Assembly: GCA_965219535.1 (NCBI GenBank)
Contig: CBDCNV010000001.1
Span: 660,001-692,000, forward strand
DNA: 32,000 bases
Source: Opitutales bacterium
GTDB lineage: Bacteria > Verrucomicrobiota > Verrucomicrobiia > Opitutales > PNEW01
Direction: 5' to 3'
Shown here: piece by piece, positions 1-9,233 of the stretch
How the letters are laid out: the number at the start of each line of letters is the position of its first letter
Numbering within the stretch: position 1 is the stretch's first letter
Notes under the pieces: generated by a model
What the model was told of the DNA's origin: nothing
The model's database searches: none
What the model saw: only the letters and a program-made list of their open reading frames with translations
Made by a program: the position numbers and the translations under genes

Positions 1-375
1 GAATGTCTGACGTTTCGCCTTACCATTATTACGCGGGACGCCAAAAGCCTCGATTACATTTCCTTCATAATCAGCAAGCAAGGTGAAAGGAAGCTGAAAC
101 TTATCTTTAAATGCCTTTTGTTCTTCAGGTGTATCCGCGCTAACCCCTATAACTCTTATCCCTGCAGTCTGTAGCTTTTCGTAGGCGTCACGCAGGTTGC
201 ACGATTGAGCGGTGCAACCTGGAGTATCTGCTTTGGGGTAAAAATATACGAGCGTGGGTCCTTCACTGTAAACTTCAGAAAGGTTAAGCGGATCGCCGGT
301 CTCTGTTATTGTTGCAATCCCCGGTGCATTATCGCCAACGGCGAGTGGGCCTGCGTCTTCATTAGCGGATGACAT
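1..375 (-). CDS. bcp: Thiol peroxidase / peroxiredoxin Bcp (PrxQ-type), N-terminal 125 aa. The gene runs off the left edge of the window.
   Basis: Absent from the supplied ORF track because no stop codon lies inside the window. Manual minus-strand translation from the ATG at 375-373 is open to position 1. It reads MSSANEDAGPLAVGDNAPGIATITETGDPLNLSEVYSEGPTLVYFYPKADTPGCTAQSCNLRDAYEKLQTAGIRVIGVSADTPEEQKAFKDKFQLPFTLLADYEGNVIEAFGVPRNNGKAKRQTF. The FYPKADTPGCT-x2-C motif (peroxidatic Cys plus a second Cys five residues later) and the GVS.D....KAF....LPF.LL.D pattern are typical of Bcp/PrxQ. Confidence 0.85.
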   Translation of the reverse strand, partial: MSSANEDAGPLAVGDNAPGIATITETGDPLNLSEVYSEGPTLVYFYPKADTPGCTAQSCNLRDAYEKLQTAGIRVIGVSADTPEEQKAFKDKFQLPFTLLADYEGNVIEAFGVPRNNGKAKRQTF

Positions 376-427
376 CGGTAAGATTATAAATAGAAGAATT
401 TTATGTAGAACAAGCATTAAAATATAA

Positions 428-841
428 TCATTTACGCACTGTCCACAAAGGAGATTCCCTCGTAGTATCAGTCAATTTTTGGGTGGTTCGATCAAGTCGG
501 CTGGCGAGCGTTTTAATTATCTTCATCCCAATACGTGGATTATTCTGAATGAATTCAGTCATGTCCCCTGCGTGAATATGGGTGATCTTGCTCGCCTTTT
601 TTGCCTTAACGGTGCAAGTGCGTGCTTTTCCCAGAATATCACTCATTTCACCAAAGATTGTCCCTGGGTACATCAGTACGCTAAGTAGGATTTCATCTTT
701 GATTACTTCCAGTGATCCAGATTGAAGAATATAAAAACCGCTGCCTTGCTCTCCTTGTTCAAGGATCGTCTGCCCGTGTGCGACTTCAATGTTTTCTTCA
801 TCCATGACCTTTAACCTATTTTCTAATGTACTTATTGTCAT
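428..841 (-). CDS. Stand-alone cyclic-nucleotide-binding (cNMP/CAP-effector) domain protein, 137 aa, with no DNA-binding domain
   Basis: ORF track entry. The sequence has a beta-roll signature (GQTILEQGEQGSGFYILQSGSLEV) and a phosphate-binding cassette-like stretch (FGEMSDILGKARTCTVKA). At 137 aa it is too short to include an HTH or other output domain. It lies 52 nt upstream of bcp on the same strand. Confidence 0.75.
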   Translation of the reverse strand: MTISTLENRLKVMDEENIEVAHGQTILEQGEQGSGFYILQSGSLEVIKDEILLSVLMYPGTIFGEMSDILGKARTCTVKAKKASKITHIHAGDMTEFIQNNPRIGMKIIKTLASRLDRTTQKLTDTTRESPLWTVRK

Positions 842-1041
842 AGCTTTTGTGTAATGTATGTCGTTTATTAACAGCTGCCCAACTATAATAAAGACTATTC
901 AATTTAGTTTAAACAATCAAGATCAATTGAAATGCCATGCTTTGCATCAAGTACAAAAATGGGCTGTTAAATATTAGTAAAATGAAATGAAGTGACTCGT
1001 TCTAAGATGAGCATCTGTGCACTTAAAAACTTACCAGCACA

Positions 1042-2547
1042 CTATATTTGCTTTAAAAACATGAAAAGTTCATGTGACAGTTTGGGGCCGATTCCATCTA
1101 CTTGCCGCAATAATTCAGGTGTTGCGTTTCTCAGTTTATTTATGTTTTTAAATTTTTTTAACAATGCTTTGCGGCGAACCGGTCCCAGTCCATAATAATC
1201 ATCGAGGATAGTTTCTTTCATTCTTCGACTCCGGATCTCAGCATTAAATGTATTAGCAAAACGATGCGCTTCGTTACGCAAACGCTGTAAGAGTCGAAGT
1301 GCGTCACTTTTAAGACTAAGATTTAGAGACGGATGATCGTCAGTAAAATAGACGGTTTCGCGTTTTTTTGCTAATCCAATGAGTGGTGGTGGCTCCAGTC
1401 CCTGACCTAGAAATGCGCGCAGAGCAGATCCGAGCTGGCCCTTACCTCCATCTATGACAATAAGATCAGGGAAAGCTTTATTTTCTTTATGGAGCCTTAA
1501 ATAGCGTCGAGTTACCACTTCTTCCATCGCCCGGTAATCGTCATTGCCGATAAAGCTTTTAATTTTGTAACGACGATACTGGTCAGTGTCAGGCTTACCG
1601 TTTTTGAATCGGACCATTGAAGCGACAACGAATGTACCGGAAATATGACTTATATCAAAGCATTCTATATGATGTGGTAATTTCGATAATTTGAGAGCTG
1701 ATTGTAATTCTTTGAGGACCGTATGAGATTCGGTTCTTTTTATCGCACCGTGAGCATGCGCAAACTTTCTGGTCTTAATAATTGTTTTTTCAAGTGCGGA
1801 GCAAATGTCCCGTAATTCCGCGGCTCTTTCGTAATCGCGATTAGAAGCTGCCGAGTTCATTTCATCTTTGAGATCATTCAGCCACTCTTTTGATTTACCG
1901 CTAAGAAATTCACAGGCCTCTTCTACTTTTCGTCGATATTCATCTTCAGTAACCTGGTTGGCATGCCCATAAATCTCTGACCGTACATCATCGTAAAGTT
2001 TCCATCTACCATCAGGTAGTTGAGTCGGACGGGCGTCACCTAGGAGTATTCCGAAACGCCGCCTCATTTCATCGAGGGTTTTGCGCAGTAATTTAGCGTG
2101 GGCAAAGGGGCCAAAGTATTCAGACAAATCGTCTTTTTTGAAACGACAGAGCCGAAATCTGGAAATGGCGTTCTGGATGTCTACCCGAACTAAGAGAAAG
2201 CGCTTGTCATCTGTGAAGTCAGTATTGTATTTGGGTTTCCATTGTTTAAGCAAACGCCCCTCTAGAAGTAAGGCTTCAGGTTCAGACTTTACTTCAACGA
2301 CTTCAAAATCATGAATCATGGGGACCATCGCGTGTAATTTTGGCTGCTGGGCTGCCATTTTACGGGAGGGCTGGAAATAGGTCGAAACACGCTTTTTAAG
2401 ATCCTTGGCTTTACCAACGTAAATAATATGTCCTAAACGGTCCCTCATAATATATACACCCGGGCTATGGGGTAACCTTCGTACTTTTTCTTTAATTTTA
2501 CTGGTATCCTGACTTGGCATATTCTGACTTACGTGCTTATAGTACAC
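1042..2547 (-). CDS. uvrC: Excinuclease ABC subunit C (UvrC), an unusually compact 501-aa form
   Basis: It has a GIY-YIG N-terminus (GVYIMRDRLGHIIYVGKAKDLKKRVSTYF) and a UVR-domain-like helix (NRDYERAAELRDICSALEKT). It also has the endonuclease-domain motifs IECFDISHISG and LIVIDGGKGQL, and a C-terminal HhH (LRQVDGIGPKLSHELF). An alternative start at Met10 (position 2520) is possible. Confidence 0.85.
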   Translation of the reverse strand: MYYKHVSQNMPSQDTSKIKEKVRRLPHSPGVYIMRDRLGHIIYVGKAKDLKKRVSTYFQPSRKMAAQQPKLHAMVPMIHDFEVVEVKSEPEALLLEGRLLKQWKPKYNTDFTDDKRFLLVRVDIQNAISRFRLCRFKKDDLSEYFGPFAHAKLLRKTLDEMRRRFGILLGDARPTQLPDGRWKLYDDVRSEIYGHANQVTEDEYRRKVEEACEFLSGKSKEWLNDLKDEMNSAASNRDYERAAELRDICSALEKTIIKTRKFAHAHGAIKRTESHTVLKELQSALKLSKLPHHIECFDISHISGTFVVASMVRFKNGKPDTDQYRRYKIKSFIGNDDYRAMEEVVTRRYLRLHKENKAFPDLIVIDGGKGQLGSALRAFLGQGLEPPPLIGLAKKRETVYFTDDHPSLNLSLKSDALRLLQRLRNEAHRFANTFNAEIRSRRMKETILDDYYGLGPVRRKALLKKFKNINKLRNATPELLRQVDGIGPKLSHELFMFLKQI

Positions 2548-2602
2548 TATATTTTAGTTCTCACAAGGATCACACTTTTTATATCATCTATTTTTAAGAG
2601 CA

Positions 2603-3886
2603 ATGTCAGATAATACGCGTCTGGAAATAATAACTCTCGGTGACGAGCTACTTCTCGGAATTAGAGAAAACACTCATCTTACTTATTTCGGTAAACAGTT
2701 TACCCGCTACGGGCATTCAATCCAACGAAACATAGTAATTCGCGACGATCCTGATCATATCGAGCGCTATTTTCGCGATGCAATGGATAATTCGGATATT
2801 GTCATCACTACAGGTGGGCTTGGCCCGACGACCGATGATATTACCCGCGAAACAGTGGCCCAAGTGCTTGAGCTTAATCTTATCCATGATGATGAAACCG
2901 AGGAGGCGATACGCGCGCGCTTTAAAAGCATGGGTCGAGGGGTTACGGAGAATAATCTGCGCCAGGCGAAAAAACCCGATGGCGCTGAGATAATTACCAA
3001 TCATCATGGGACAGCACCTGGCTTGTGGTTGCAACACAGAGGTAAAATCATCATCATGTTACCTGGGCCGCCACATGAACTTTATCCGATGTTCGAAAAT
3101 CAAGTGCTGCCTCGGCTCCAGTCTGAAAATGTCATTGCTGAAAGTGAATCTTACTTGCAACTTCGCACGATAGGGGTGGGGGAATCATTATTGGAGAATA
3201 ATCTGCAACCTATCTTTGACCGCTATGCGGATCAGTTGCTCGTCTCTTATTGCGCCCATTCGGGCCTCGTAGATCTACGTTTGAGTCCTATAAACAATTC
3301 ATTAAGCTGGAAAGAGATTGAAGCGATTGGTGATGAATGTAAGGGATTACTTGGGGATGACTTTATCTGTTATGGTGATGAATCCCTTGCCAGGCTTGTT
3401 TTCAATCAGCTTCGCTCGCTAAATAAAACATTGGCCTTAGCAGAATCCTGCACGGGCGGTCTTCTGGCCAATGCTTTTACAGATATACCAGGATCCTCAA
3501 AAGTATTTGTCGGTGGAGTTGTCTGTTATACGAACGATGCTAAAGTACAAATGCTCGATCTTCCTGACGCCATTATCCAACAGCATGGAGCTGTCAGCGC
3601 AGAATGTGCGGTCGCCATGGCTACGGGTGCTGCGGAACGCTTATCCGCAGATTACGCATTAAGTGTCACCGGGTTTGCCGGTCCCGATGGTGGCAACAGG
3701 GAAAACCCGGTAGGGACTATTTATCTCGGCTATCATTCCCCGGTTGGAGTGTGGTCAAACAAGCTTGTCTTTTCCGGCAATCGTCTCATGATAAAATCAC
3801 GTGCGGTAAGTGCCGCACTTGACTGGATGCGCCGAAAACTAAAAAAATATGAAACTGAAGACTTGCTCGTAAGTATGAGCAGTTAA
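2603..3886 (+). CDS. cinA: CinA-family competence/damage-inducible protein (MoCF-binding N-domain plus PncC-like nicotinamide-nucleotide amidase C-domain)
   Basis: N-terminal motifs are LEIITLGDELLLG ... ITTGGLGPTTDDITRE ... PGPPHE. The C-domain carries LALAESCTGGLLA ... GGVVCYTNDAKVQMLDLP ... SVTGFAGPDGG ... GTIYLG. The 427-aa length is typical of CinA. Confidence 0.85.
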   Translation: MSDNTRLEIITLGDELLLGIRENTHLTYFGKQFTRYGHSIQRNIVIRDDPDHIERYFRDAMDNSDIVITTGGLGPTTDDITRETVAQVLELNLIHDDETEEAIRARFKSMGRGVTENNLRQAKKPDGAEIITNHHGTAPGLWLQHRGKIIIMLPGPPHELYPMFENQVLPRLQSENVIAESESYLQLRTIGVGESLLENNLQPIFDRYADQLLVSYCAHSGLVDLRLSPINNSLSWKEIEAIGDECKGLLGDDFICYGDESLARLVFNQLRSLNKTLALAESCTGGLLANAFTDIPGSSKVFVGGVVCYTNDAKVQMLDLPDAIIQQHGAVSAECAVAMATGAAERLSADYALSVTGFAGPDGGNRENPVGTIYLGYHSPVGVWSNKLVFSGNRLMIKSRAVSAALDWMRRKLKKYETEDLLVSMSS

Positions 3887-4018
3887 TAAAGTAGGATGCT
3901 TATCACGCTGAACTCGATAAATTAAATGGACCGCGGTATCAATTTTTTTTTAAGTATAAGCATTTTTCTCTTGCTGATTACTAAGGTTAGATTCAATAAG
4001 TTTCTCTGAGATTAATAG

Positions 4019-7000
4019 ATGTATCTCAAAGAACTTACTTTAAATGGTTTTAAAAGTTTTGCTGAGCGGACCAGATTGGACCTCGGTAAGGGAATTTCGG
4101 CGATAGTCGGTCCCAACGGTTGCGGTAAAAGTAACATCGCTGATGCTATCCGTTGGGTCCTGGGAGAACAGAGCGCCAAGTCACTTCGCGCTGGAATAAT
4201 GCAGGATGTCATTTTCCAGGGTTCAGACAGCCGTAAGCCTATTAATCTTTGCGAAATAACCCTGGTTTTTACCGAATGTGAAAAAGAATTAGGGACTGCT
4301 TTCCATGAAGTTGAAATTACAAGACGGGTACATCGCGATGGGCCAAGCGATTATTTTCTTAATGGTAAGCATTGCCGCCTGAAAGACTTGCAGCAGCTTT
4401 TTTTGGATACAGGAATTGGGCAAGTCTCCTACTCATTCATGGTTCAGGGGCAGGTCGACCAAATACTCTCTTCAAATCCTGCTGAAAGAAGGACCATTTT
4501 TGAAGAGGCCGCGGGTATTTCAAAATATAAAGCGCAGCGGAAAGAAGCATTTAACAAGCTTGCACTCGTTGACGCTAACCTGGCACGCGTTACCGATGTT
4601 ATAGAGGAAGTTACCCGGCAGATAAATTCTCTTCGTCGCCAGGCGAGTAAAGCCTTGCGTTACAAACGTGTTAATCACCGGCTCACCCATCTCAGTCTCG
4701 CATCAAGTGCCTTCCGCTATACAGGCAGCAAGGAGAAAATATCCAAACTTGAAAGTGAGGCAGATGTTTTCAAAAATGAGATTGGATCGATACAAGAGAT
4801 AATTGGGGGTAAAGATGCGGATATTTCATCCCGCCGGCAGAAGAGGACTGAGTTATATGAAAACCTTCAGGATTCTCAGCAATCGGTATTCGATCTTCGC
4901 TCTGAAAAAGAACAGGCGGATAATAAAGCAGAATTCTCTGCGCTTAGGGCAGAAGATTTAAAAGGGCGCATCTCAGAGATCGAAAAGGAATTGATCGAGA
5001 TTAGCGGTCAAAAGAAAGCTTTATCTGATCGAGCGACGGGCGACTCCCTTCATAAGCAGGAACAACTCGATCTGATGGGCAGCTCAGATAAAACTTACCA
5101 GGAAAGAAACGATGCTTTTTCAAGTATACAGGATATACTCCTTGAGGCAGAAGACGATTTGGAAGAAAAGAAGCGCCTCCTCTTAATGACAGAAAGCAGT
5201 ATTACTCGATTTAGATCTAATGCTACTACCTTGGAAGTAGATTTGAAGTCTTATCAGATAAATCATTCTAACTTGAGCGAAGAATTATTTAAGTTGAAGA
5301 ACAACAGGTCACTTCTTGAATCCAACTTAAATGAAATATCTTCAGCACTCCAACAACGCCTTACACGAAAAGAGCAGTTGGAAAAAGAGATGGATGAACT
5401 CGGTATACTGCGTACGCGCGTCCTTGATGAATTCCGTCAAAAGCAAAGTGAAATTCAAGATGCTGATCGAAGTTTAGCGCAATTAGGCGCTGAATTAGGC
5501 GTGCTTCAAGGATTGCAGGAAAAGTTTGAAGGATTCAGTGAAGGGGCAAAAGCCATTATGCAAGGCCAGCTTGGTAGTCTCCTCGATAATGATGCTTATA
5601 GTGTTCTGACAAAGAGCATTAAAGTTGATCCGGCATACACGCTCGCCATAGATGCCCTTCTAGGTCCGGCAATAGACTCCATTGCACTTAAAGATGCTTC
5701 TCGAATTGTTCCCGTAGCCAGCGTCCTTGAGAACAAAAAACTTGGGCGCGCGTGCTTGCAATTCAGCGTTCCCCCGGTGGGAAAAGCTAAAAATAATAAT
5801 GTCCCTGATTGGCTGCGACCCGCAGTTGAAAAGGTGGATAGCAGGCAAAGCGATATAAGTACAATGTTAGATAATTTGCTTACGGATTGTTATTTTTGCG
5901 GCAACCTCGAAAAATTCCTGGCTTACTGGGAGGAACATCCCGATTTTAATTTCCTTCTTGTGGCGACGACTAAAGGTGAACTAGTTGATCGGCGAGGCTT
6001 GATCTATGGTGGACATGGCGGTGGTCAATCTGAGTCTTACTTGCTTCGCGAGGCCGAAATTAAAAAACTGAATAGCAATCAATCGAAGGTCACAGAGAAT
6101 TATGACATTCTACAGGATGCAGTAATGACGCTTCAACGTTCCTTTGATGAGAATGAAAATACGATTGAGGAAAAACGTCAGCTTCTGATGGAGGTTGCGC
6201 AGGAAGTATCAACTCTCAAGGCGCAGAAAAAAGGAACAGAAGAGAGTATTAGCCAGAATGAGGAGCGTGCAACGCAAGTGGATAATGAAGTTCAGTCTCT
6301 AGAGAATGAAAGAGAAGAGTCATTGAATAAGTTGGAACTTGCTAAAAGGCAACTTGCTGATGCGGAGGCTGAAATTAATAAACTGCGTGAAAATATTACA
6401 GCTGCGGAGAACAAAGTTCAGGAAGAGAGAGCGAATAAGGAAAATGAATTTGAAAGTCTTTCAGAAGTTCGACTCGATCTCGCAGAGAAACGCCAGCGTC
6501 TTCAATTACTGGATCATGGACTAAGTGAAATTGACAATCAGGTCCGTGAACTTAACCAACTTCAACTTAAAAGAGAGCAGGAAATCGATATTCATAACGA
6601 ACAGATTGCCGCTTTTTTGAGTGAATCTCAGGATGCGAGAATCCAATCAACGGAATTGGAAAAAACATTGAAAATTTTAATGGAATCGTTGGATCGTGAC
6701 CATAAGGCACTGCTTGAAGCTGAAAATAAAATTAAGGGTATCGAAGAAAGCGTGGCCGTAGATCGAAGTAATCTTCATGAAAATGAAGTTGATCATAATG
6801 ACCTCGAGGTGCAATTGGCTGAACAACGCTCCGAATTAAATTATCTGATCGAAGAAGTTCGCCGTGAGTATGATCTTGAGCTTTCAGCCGTAAATTGGAA
6901 AAGCCAGCTTTGGGAAGCCGGAGATACCTTGTCCGAATATGTGAAGGTAGATTTTGATGAGGGAAAGTTAGAGGAAGACACATCTTATGAAAAGCGTGAA

Positions 7001-7738
7001 GAACCGTCACGCGAAGACCTTGAAGCGCTCAATGGTGCTGACTGGGATGGCGTAAAGGATGAAATCAATAAATTGCGCGATCGTCTTCATGCGATGGGTC
7101 CGGTCAATTTAGTGGCGATTGAAGAGTACGCTGAATTAAAAGAGCGCCATGAATTTTTAAAAACACAAAGCGATGATTTATGGAATTCTAAAGAACAGCT
7201 ATTAGCAGCAATTGACGACATCAATCAGACATCTCAGGAACTATTTCAGCAAACATTCGACCAGGTTCGGAAAAATTTTGAACACACTTTTTCCACCCTT
7301 TTTGGTGGAGGGCATTCCGATCTCAAGTTGATCGATACCGAAGATGTTCTGGAATCCGGTATCGATATTATTGCACGGCCTCCCGGCACCCGTATGAAAA
7401 ATTTAGCGTTGCTCAGTGGTGGTCAGAAAACGTTGACGGCCGTCGCCTTGCTTTTTGCTATTTATATGGTCAAACCGAGTCCGTTTTGCATGCTCGATGA
7501 ACTCGATGCGCCTCTGGACGACGCCAATGTGGAGCGGTTTGTTAAGATGGTGAAACAGTTCACCCAGTTTTCACAATTTCTTATTATTACCCACAATAAA
7601 AGAACGATTGCCAGTGCTAATACTATTTATGGTATCACAATGCAGGAGAAGGGTGTTTCTAATGTCTTTTCGATGCGCTTCAATAGGGAGACACAACGAA
7701 CTGAGACATTGGAAGCAGCGGCAACAACCAATGCATAG
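4019..7738 (+). CDS. smc: Chromosome segregation protein SMC (1239 aa)
   Basis: The N-terminus is MYLKELTLNGFKSFA with Walker A GPNGCGKSNIADAIRWVLGEQS. Long heptad-rich coiled-coil arms flank a central hinge (GFSEGAKAIMQG...). The C-terminus has the signature LSGGQKTLTAVALLFA and Walker B FCMLDELDAPLDDANV. Confidence 0.95.
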   Translation: MYLKELTLNGFKSFAERTRLDLGKGISAIVGPNGCGKSNIADAIRWVLGEQSAKSLRAGIMQDVIFQGSDSRKPINLCEITLVFTECEKELGTAFHEVEITRRVHRDGPSDYFLNGKHCRLKDLQQLFLDTGIGQVSYSFMVQGQVDQILSSNPAERRTIFEEAAGISKYKAQRKEAFNKLALVDANLARVTDVIEEVTRQINSLRRQASKALRYKRVNHRLTHLSLASSAFRYTGSKEKISKLESEADVFKNEIGSIQEIIGGKDADISSRRQKRTELYENLQDSQQSVFDLRSEKEQADNKAEFSALRAEDLKGRISEIEKELIEISGQKKALSDRATGDSLHKQEQLDLMGSSDKTYQERNDAFSSIQDILLEAEDDLEEKKRLLLMTESSITRFRSNATTLEVDLKSYQINHSNLSEELFKLKNNRSLLESNLNEISSALQQRLTRKEQLEKEMDELGILRTRVLDEFRQKQSEIQDADRSLAQLGAELGVLQGLQEKFEGFSEGAKAIMQGQLGSLLDNDAYSVLTKSIKVDPAYTLAIDALLGPAIDSIALKDASRIVPVASVLENKKLGRACLQFSVPPVGKAKNNNVPDWLRPAVEKVDSRQSDISTMLDNLLTDCYFCGNLEKFLAYWEEHPDFNFLLVATTKGELVDRRGLIYGGHGGGQSESYLLREAEIKKLNSNQSKVTENYDILQDAVMTLQRSFDENENTIEEKRQLLMEVAQEVSTLKAQKKGTEESISQNEERATQVDNEVQSLENEREESLNKLELAKRQLADAEAEINKLRENITAAENKVQEERANKENEFESLSEVRLDLAEKRQRLQLLDHGLSEIDNQVRELNQLQLKREQEIDIHNEQIAAFLSESQDARIQSTELEKTLKILMESLDRDHKALLEAENKIKGIEESVAVDRSNLHENEVDHNDLEVQLAEQRSELNYLIEEVRREYDLELSAVNWKSQLWEAGDTLSEYVKVDFDEGKLEEDTSYEKREEPSREDLEALNGADWDGVKDEINKLRDRLHAMGPVNLVAIEEYAELKERHEFLKTQSDDLWNSKEQLLAAIDDINQTSQELFQQTFDQVRKNFEHTFSTLFGGGHSDLKLIDTEDVLESGIDIIARPPGTRMKNLALLSGGQKTLTAVALLFAIYMVKPSPFCMLDELDAPLDDANVERFVKMVKQFTQFSQFLIITHNKRTIASANTIYGITMQEKGVSNVFSMRFNRETQRTETLEAAATTNA

Positions 7739-7799
7739 TTTCTGTTTCACTCATTAGTTTTTAGTCGGCTTAGGGTCACAAATATAAATCACCGGTTGC

Positions 7800-9209
7800 T
7801 TACATTTGTGTATTCCAGGGGCCGGTAATGGCCAGGGTAATACCCGGCCATTGAATGTTTACAAAAAGTGTGGGGTGGTTAGGGGCAAAACAAACACCAC
7901 ATAGTTCTGCATCACCAGCATAGTTATTATGGGCGAGGGTATAAATTTTTCCTTCTGGGGTGACACCGCGCAAGTATTGATCATTAGAACCATCTTCACA
8001 AACAATTAGATCTCCCCACGGTGCGACAGTGAGGTTATCACAGTGCTCCAGTAATTGATTGTCATTGGGTTCTAGAAAAAGCTCGAGTTGACCTGGGTAC
8101 TTAGCTTCTTTTTTTGTTCCTTCATAGGGGCTGGGAGTATAGCGCCATATCTGGCCACTGGAATTATTTCCACCGTTAGTTGAGACAAAATAAATCTCTC
8201 CCTTTCCATACCACATACCTTCGTTACGCGCAAATCGCGCGGCTCCCTTGTCGAATCCTTGATAACGGAGATCGTTATTAGGTGAGAGAATATCCTCTAG
8301 ATCAATCCATTCGACAGCCATCGGAGAGCCTATGGGAACAGTCGGACTGTTGAGTGTTGGCCAATTACGCGTGTCGAGTGATTTATTATTTTTTATCACT
8401 AATGCTTGTAGGCGTCCCCCATTTATCAATTTCCCATATTCATTTGGAATGAACCGATAGATGAGTCCATCCACAGCGTCTTCGGTTTGAAAAACGATGC
8501 CGCTTTTAGGATCAACTGCTACTGCCTCATGAATAAATCTACCCATCCCGACCAACGGTTTTGGGTCGGAGAGGTATATTTTTGAAGTCGCTAAAACTTC
8601 AAAATTAAAACCATGATCTTTAGATAAGGAATCATCGGCCCGAGCTGTCGTTTCTTCGCAAGTTATCCATGTGCCCCAGGGGGTGGGACCTCCCGCGCAA
8701 TTACGCGCCGTTCCAGCTAGACTGAGAAATTGTTTAGTAACTCGTTGTTTTTTATGATTATATAAGATTGTAGTTGTCCCACCTAGTAATGGCATGCCGC
8801 CACTTCCAATGTCATAAATCTTGCTCTGCCTGATTTTTTTAAGAAGTTCGTTTTCCAGGCCAAACGGACCAATATGAGTTCGATCAGCTAATAGTTCATG
8901 ATTGCGTACTATGATTGTGTTATCACCCGGTCCGGGAAATGCGGCCATTCCATCAGGGGCACCGGGAGTCCGGAATCCGTCATCCATTAAATCACCGGTA
9001 CGTGATAAGACCTTATACTGAAAGCCAGGGGGGAGATCGAGGATCAATTTTGGATCGACTGAGAGCGGTCCGTAACCCGGCACTTCGTTAAAGTAGGATT
9101 GTGCCTTTAATGCTGGTGAGGCAAAATGCCGAAGACCCAAGAAACCAACCGTAAAATATGTGGAGTTTTTTATAAAATTTCGGCGAGAGATATTTAACTG
9201 AGATGACAT
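7800..9209 (-). CDS. Tat-exported DUF839 / PhoX-like beta-propeller phosphoesterase family protein (469 aa)
   Basis: A twin-arginine signal is present (SRRNFIKNSTYFTVGFLGL). The hallmark DUF839/PhoX block GTARNCAGGPTPWGTWITCEE is present. Repeated beta-strand-rich segments follow. The protein is shorter than the classical PhoX alkaline phosphatases I remember, so the exact activity is left open. Confidence 0.7.
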   Translation of the reverse strand: MSSQLNISRRNFIKNSTYFTVGFLGLRHFASPALKAQSYFNEVPGYGPLSVDPKLILDLPPGFQYKVLSRTGDLMDDGFRTPGAPDGMAAFPGPGDNTIIVRNHELLADRTHIGPFGLENELLKKIRQSKIYDIGSGGMPLLGGTTTILYNHKKQRVTKQFLSLAGTARNCAGGPTPWGTWITCEETTARADDSLSKDHGFNFEVLATSKIYLSDPKPLVGMGRFIHEAVAVDPKSGIVFQTEDAVDGLIYRFIPNEYGKLINGGRLQALVIKNNKSLDTRNWPTLNSPTVPIGSPMAVEWIDLEDILSPNNDLRYQGFDKGAARFARNEGMWYGKGEIYFVSTNGGNNSSGQIWRYTPSPYEGTKKEAKYPGQLELFLEPNDNQLLEHCDNLTVAPWGDLIVCEDGSNDQYLRGVTPEGKIYTLAHNNYAGDAELCGVCFAPNHPTLFVNIQWPGITLAITGPWNTQM

Positions 9210-9233
9210 TATCCTTAATTTTAATATATATTC

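Noticed and set aside
2603-3886. Link between cinA (competence/damage-inducible) and the pseudopilin-like giant as a competence system
   Set aside because: The genes are about 21 kb apart, in different transcription units and separated by many housekeeping genes. CinA is a widespread NMN amidase/MoCF protein and is not diagnostic of DNA uptake.
4019-7738. Could the SMC-like protein be part of a defence system (Wadjet/JetC, Lamassu LmuB, or a RecN/SbcC-type protein)?
   Set aside because: It is a full-length canonical SMC, with a hinge, about 1240 aa, the LSGGQK signature and a MYLK..L.GFKSFA N-terminus. It sits in a housekeeping context with no JetA/B/D-like, LmuA-like or nuclease partner genes adjacent.
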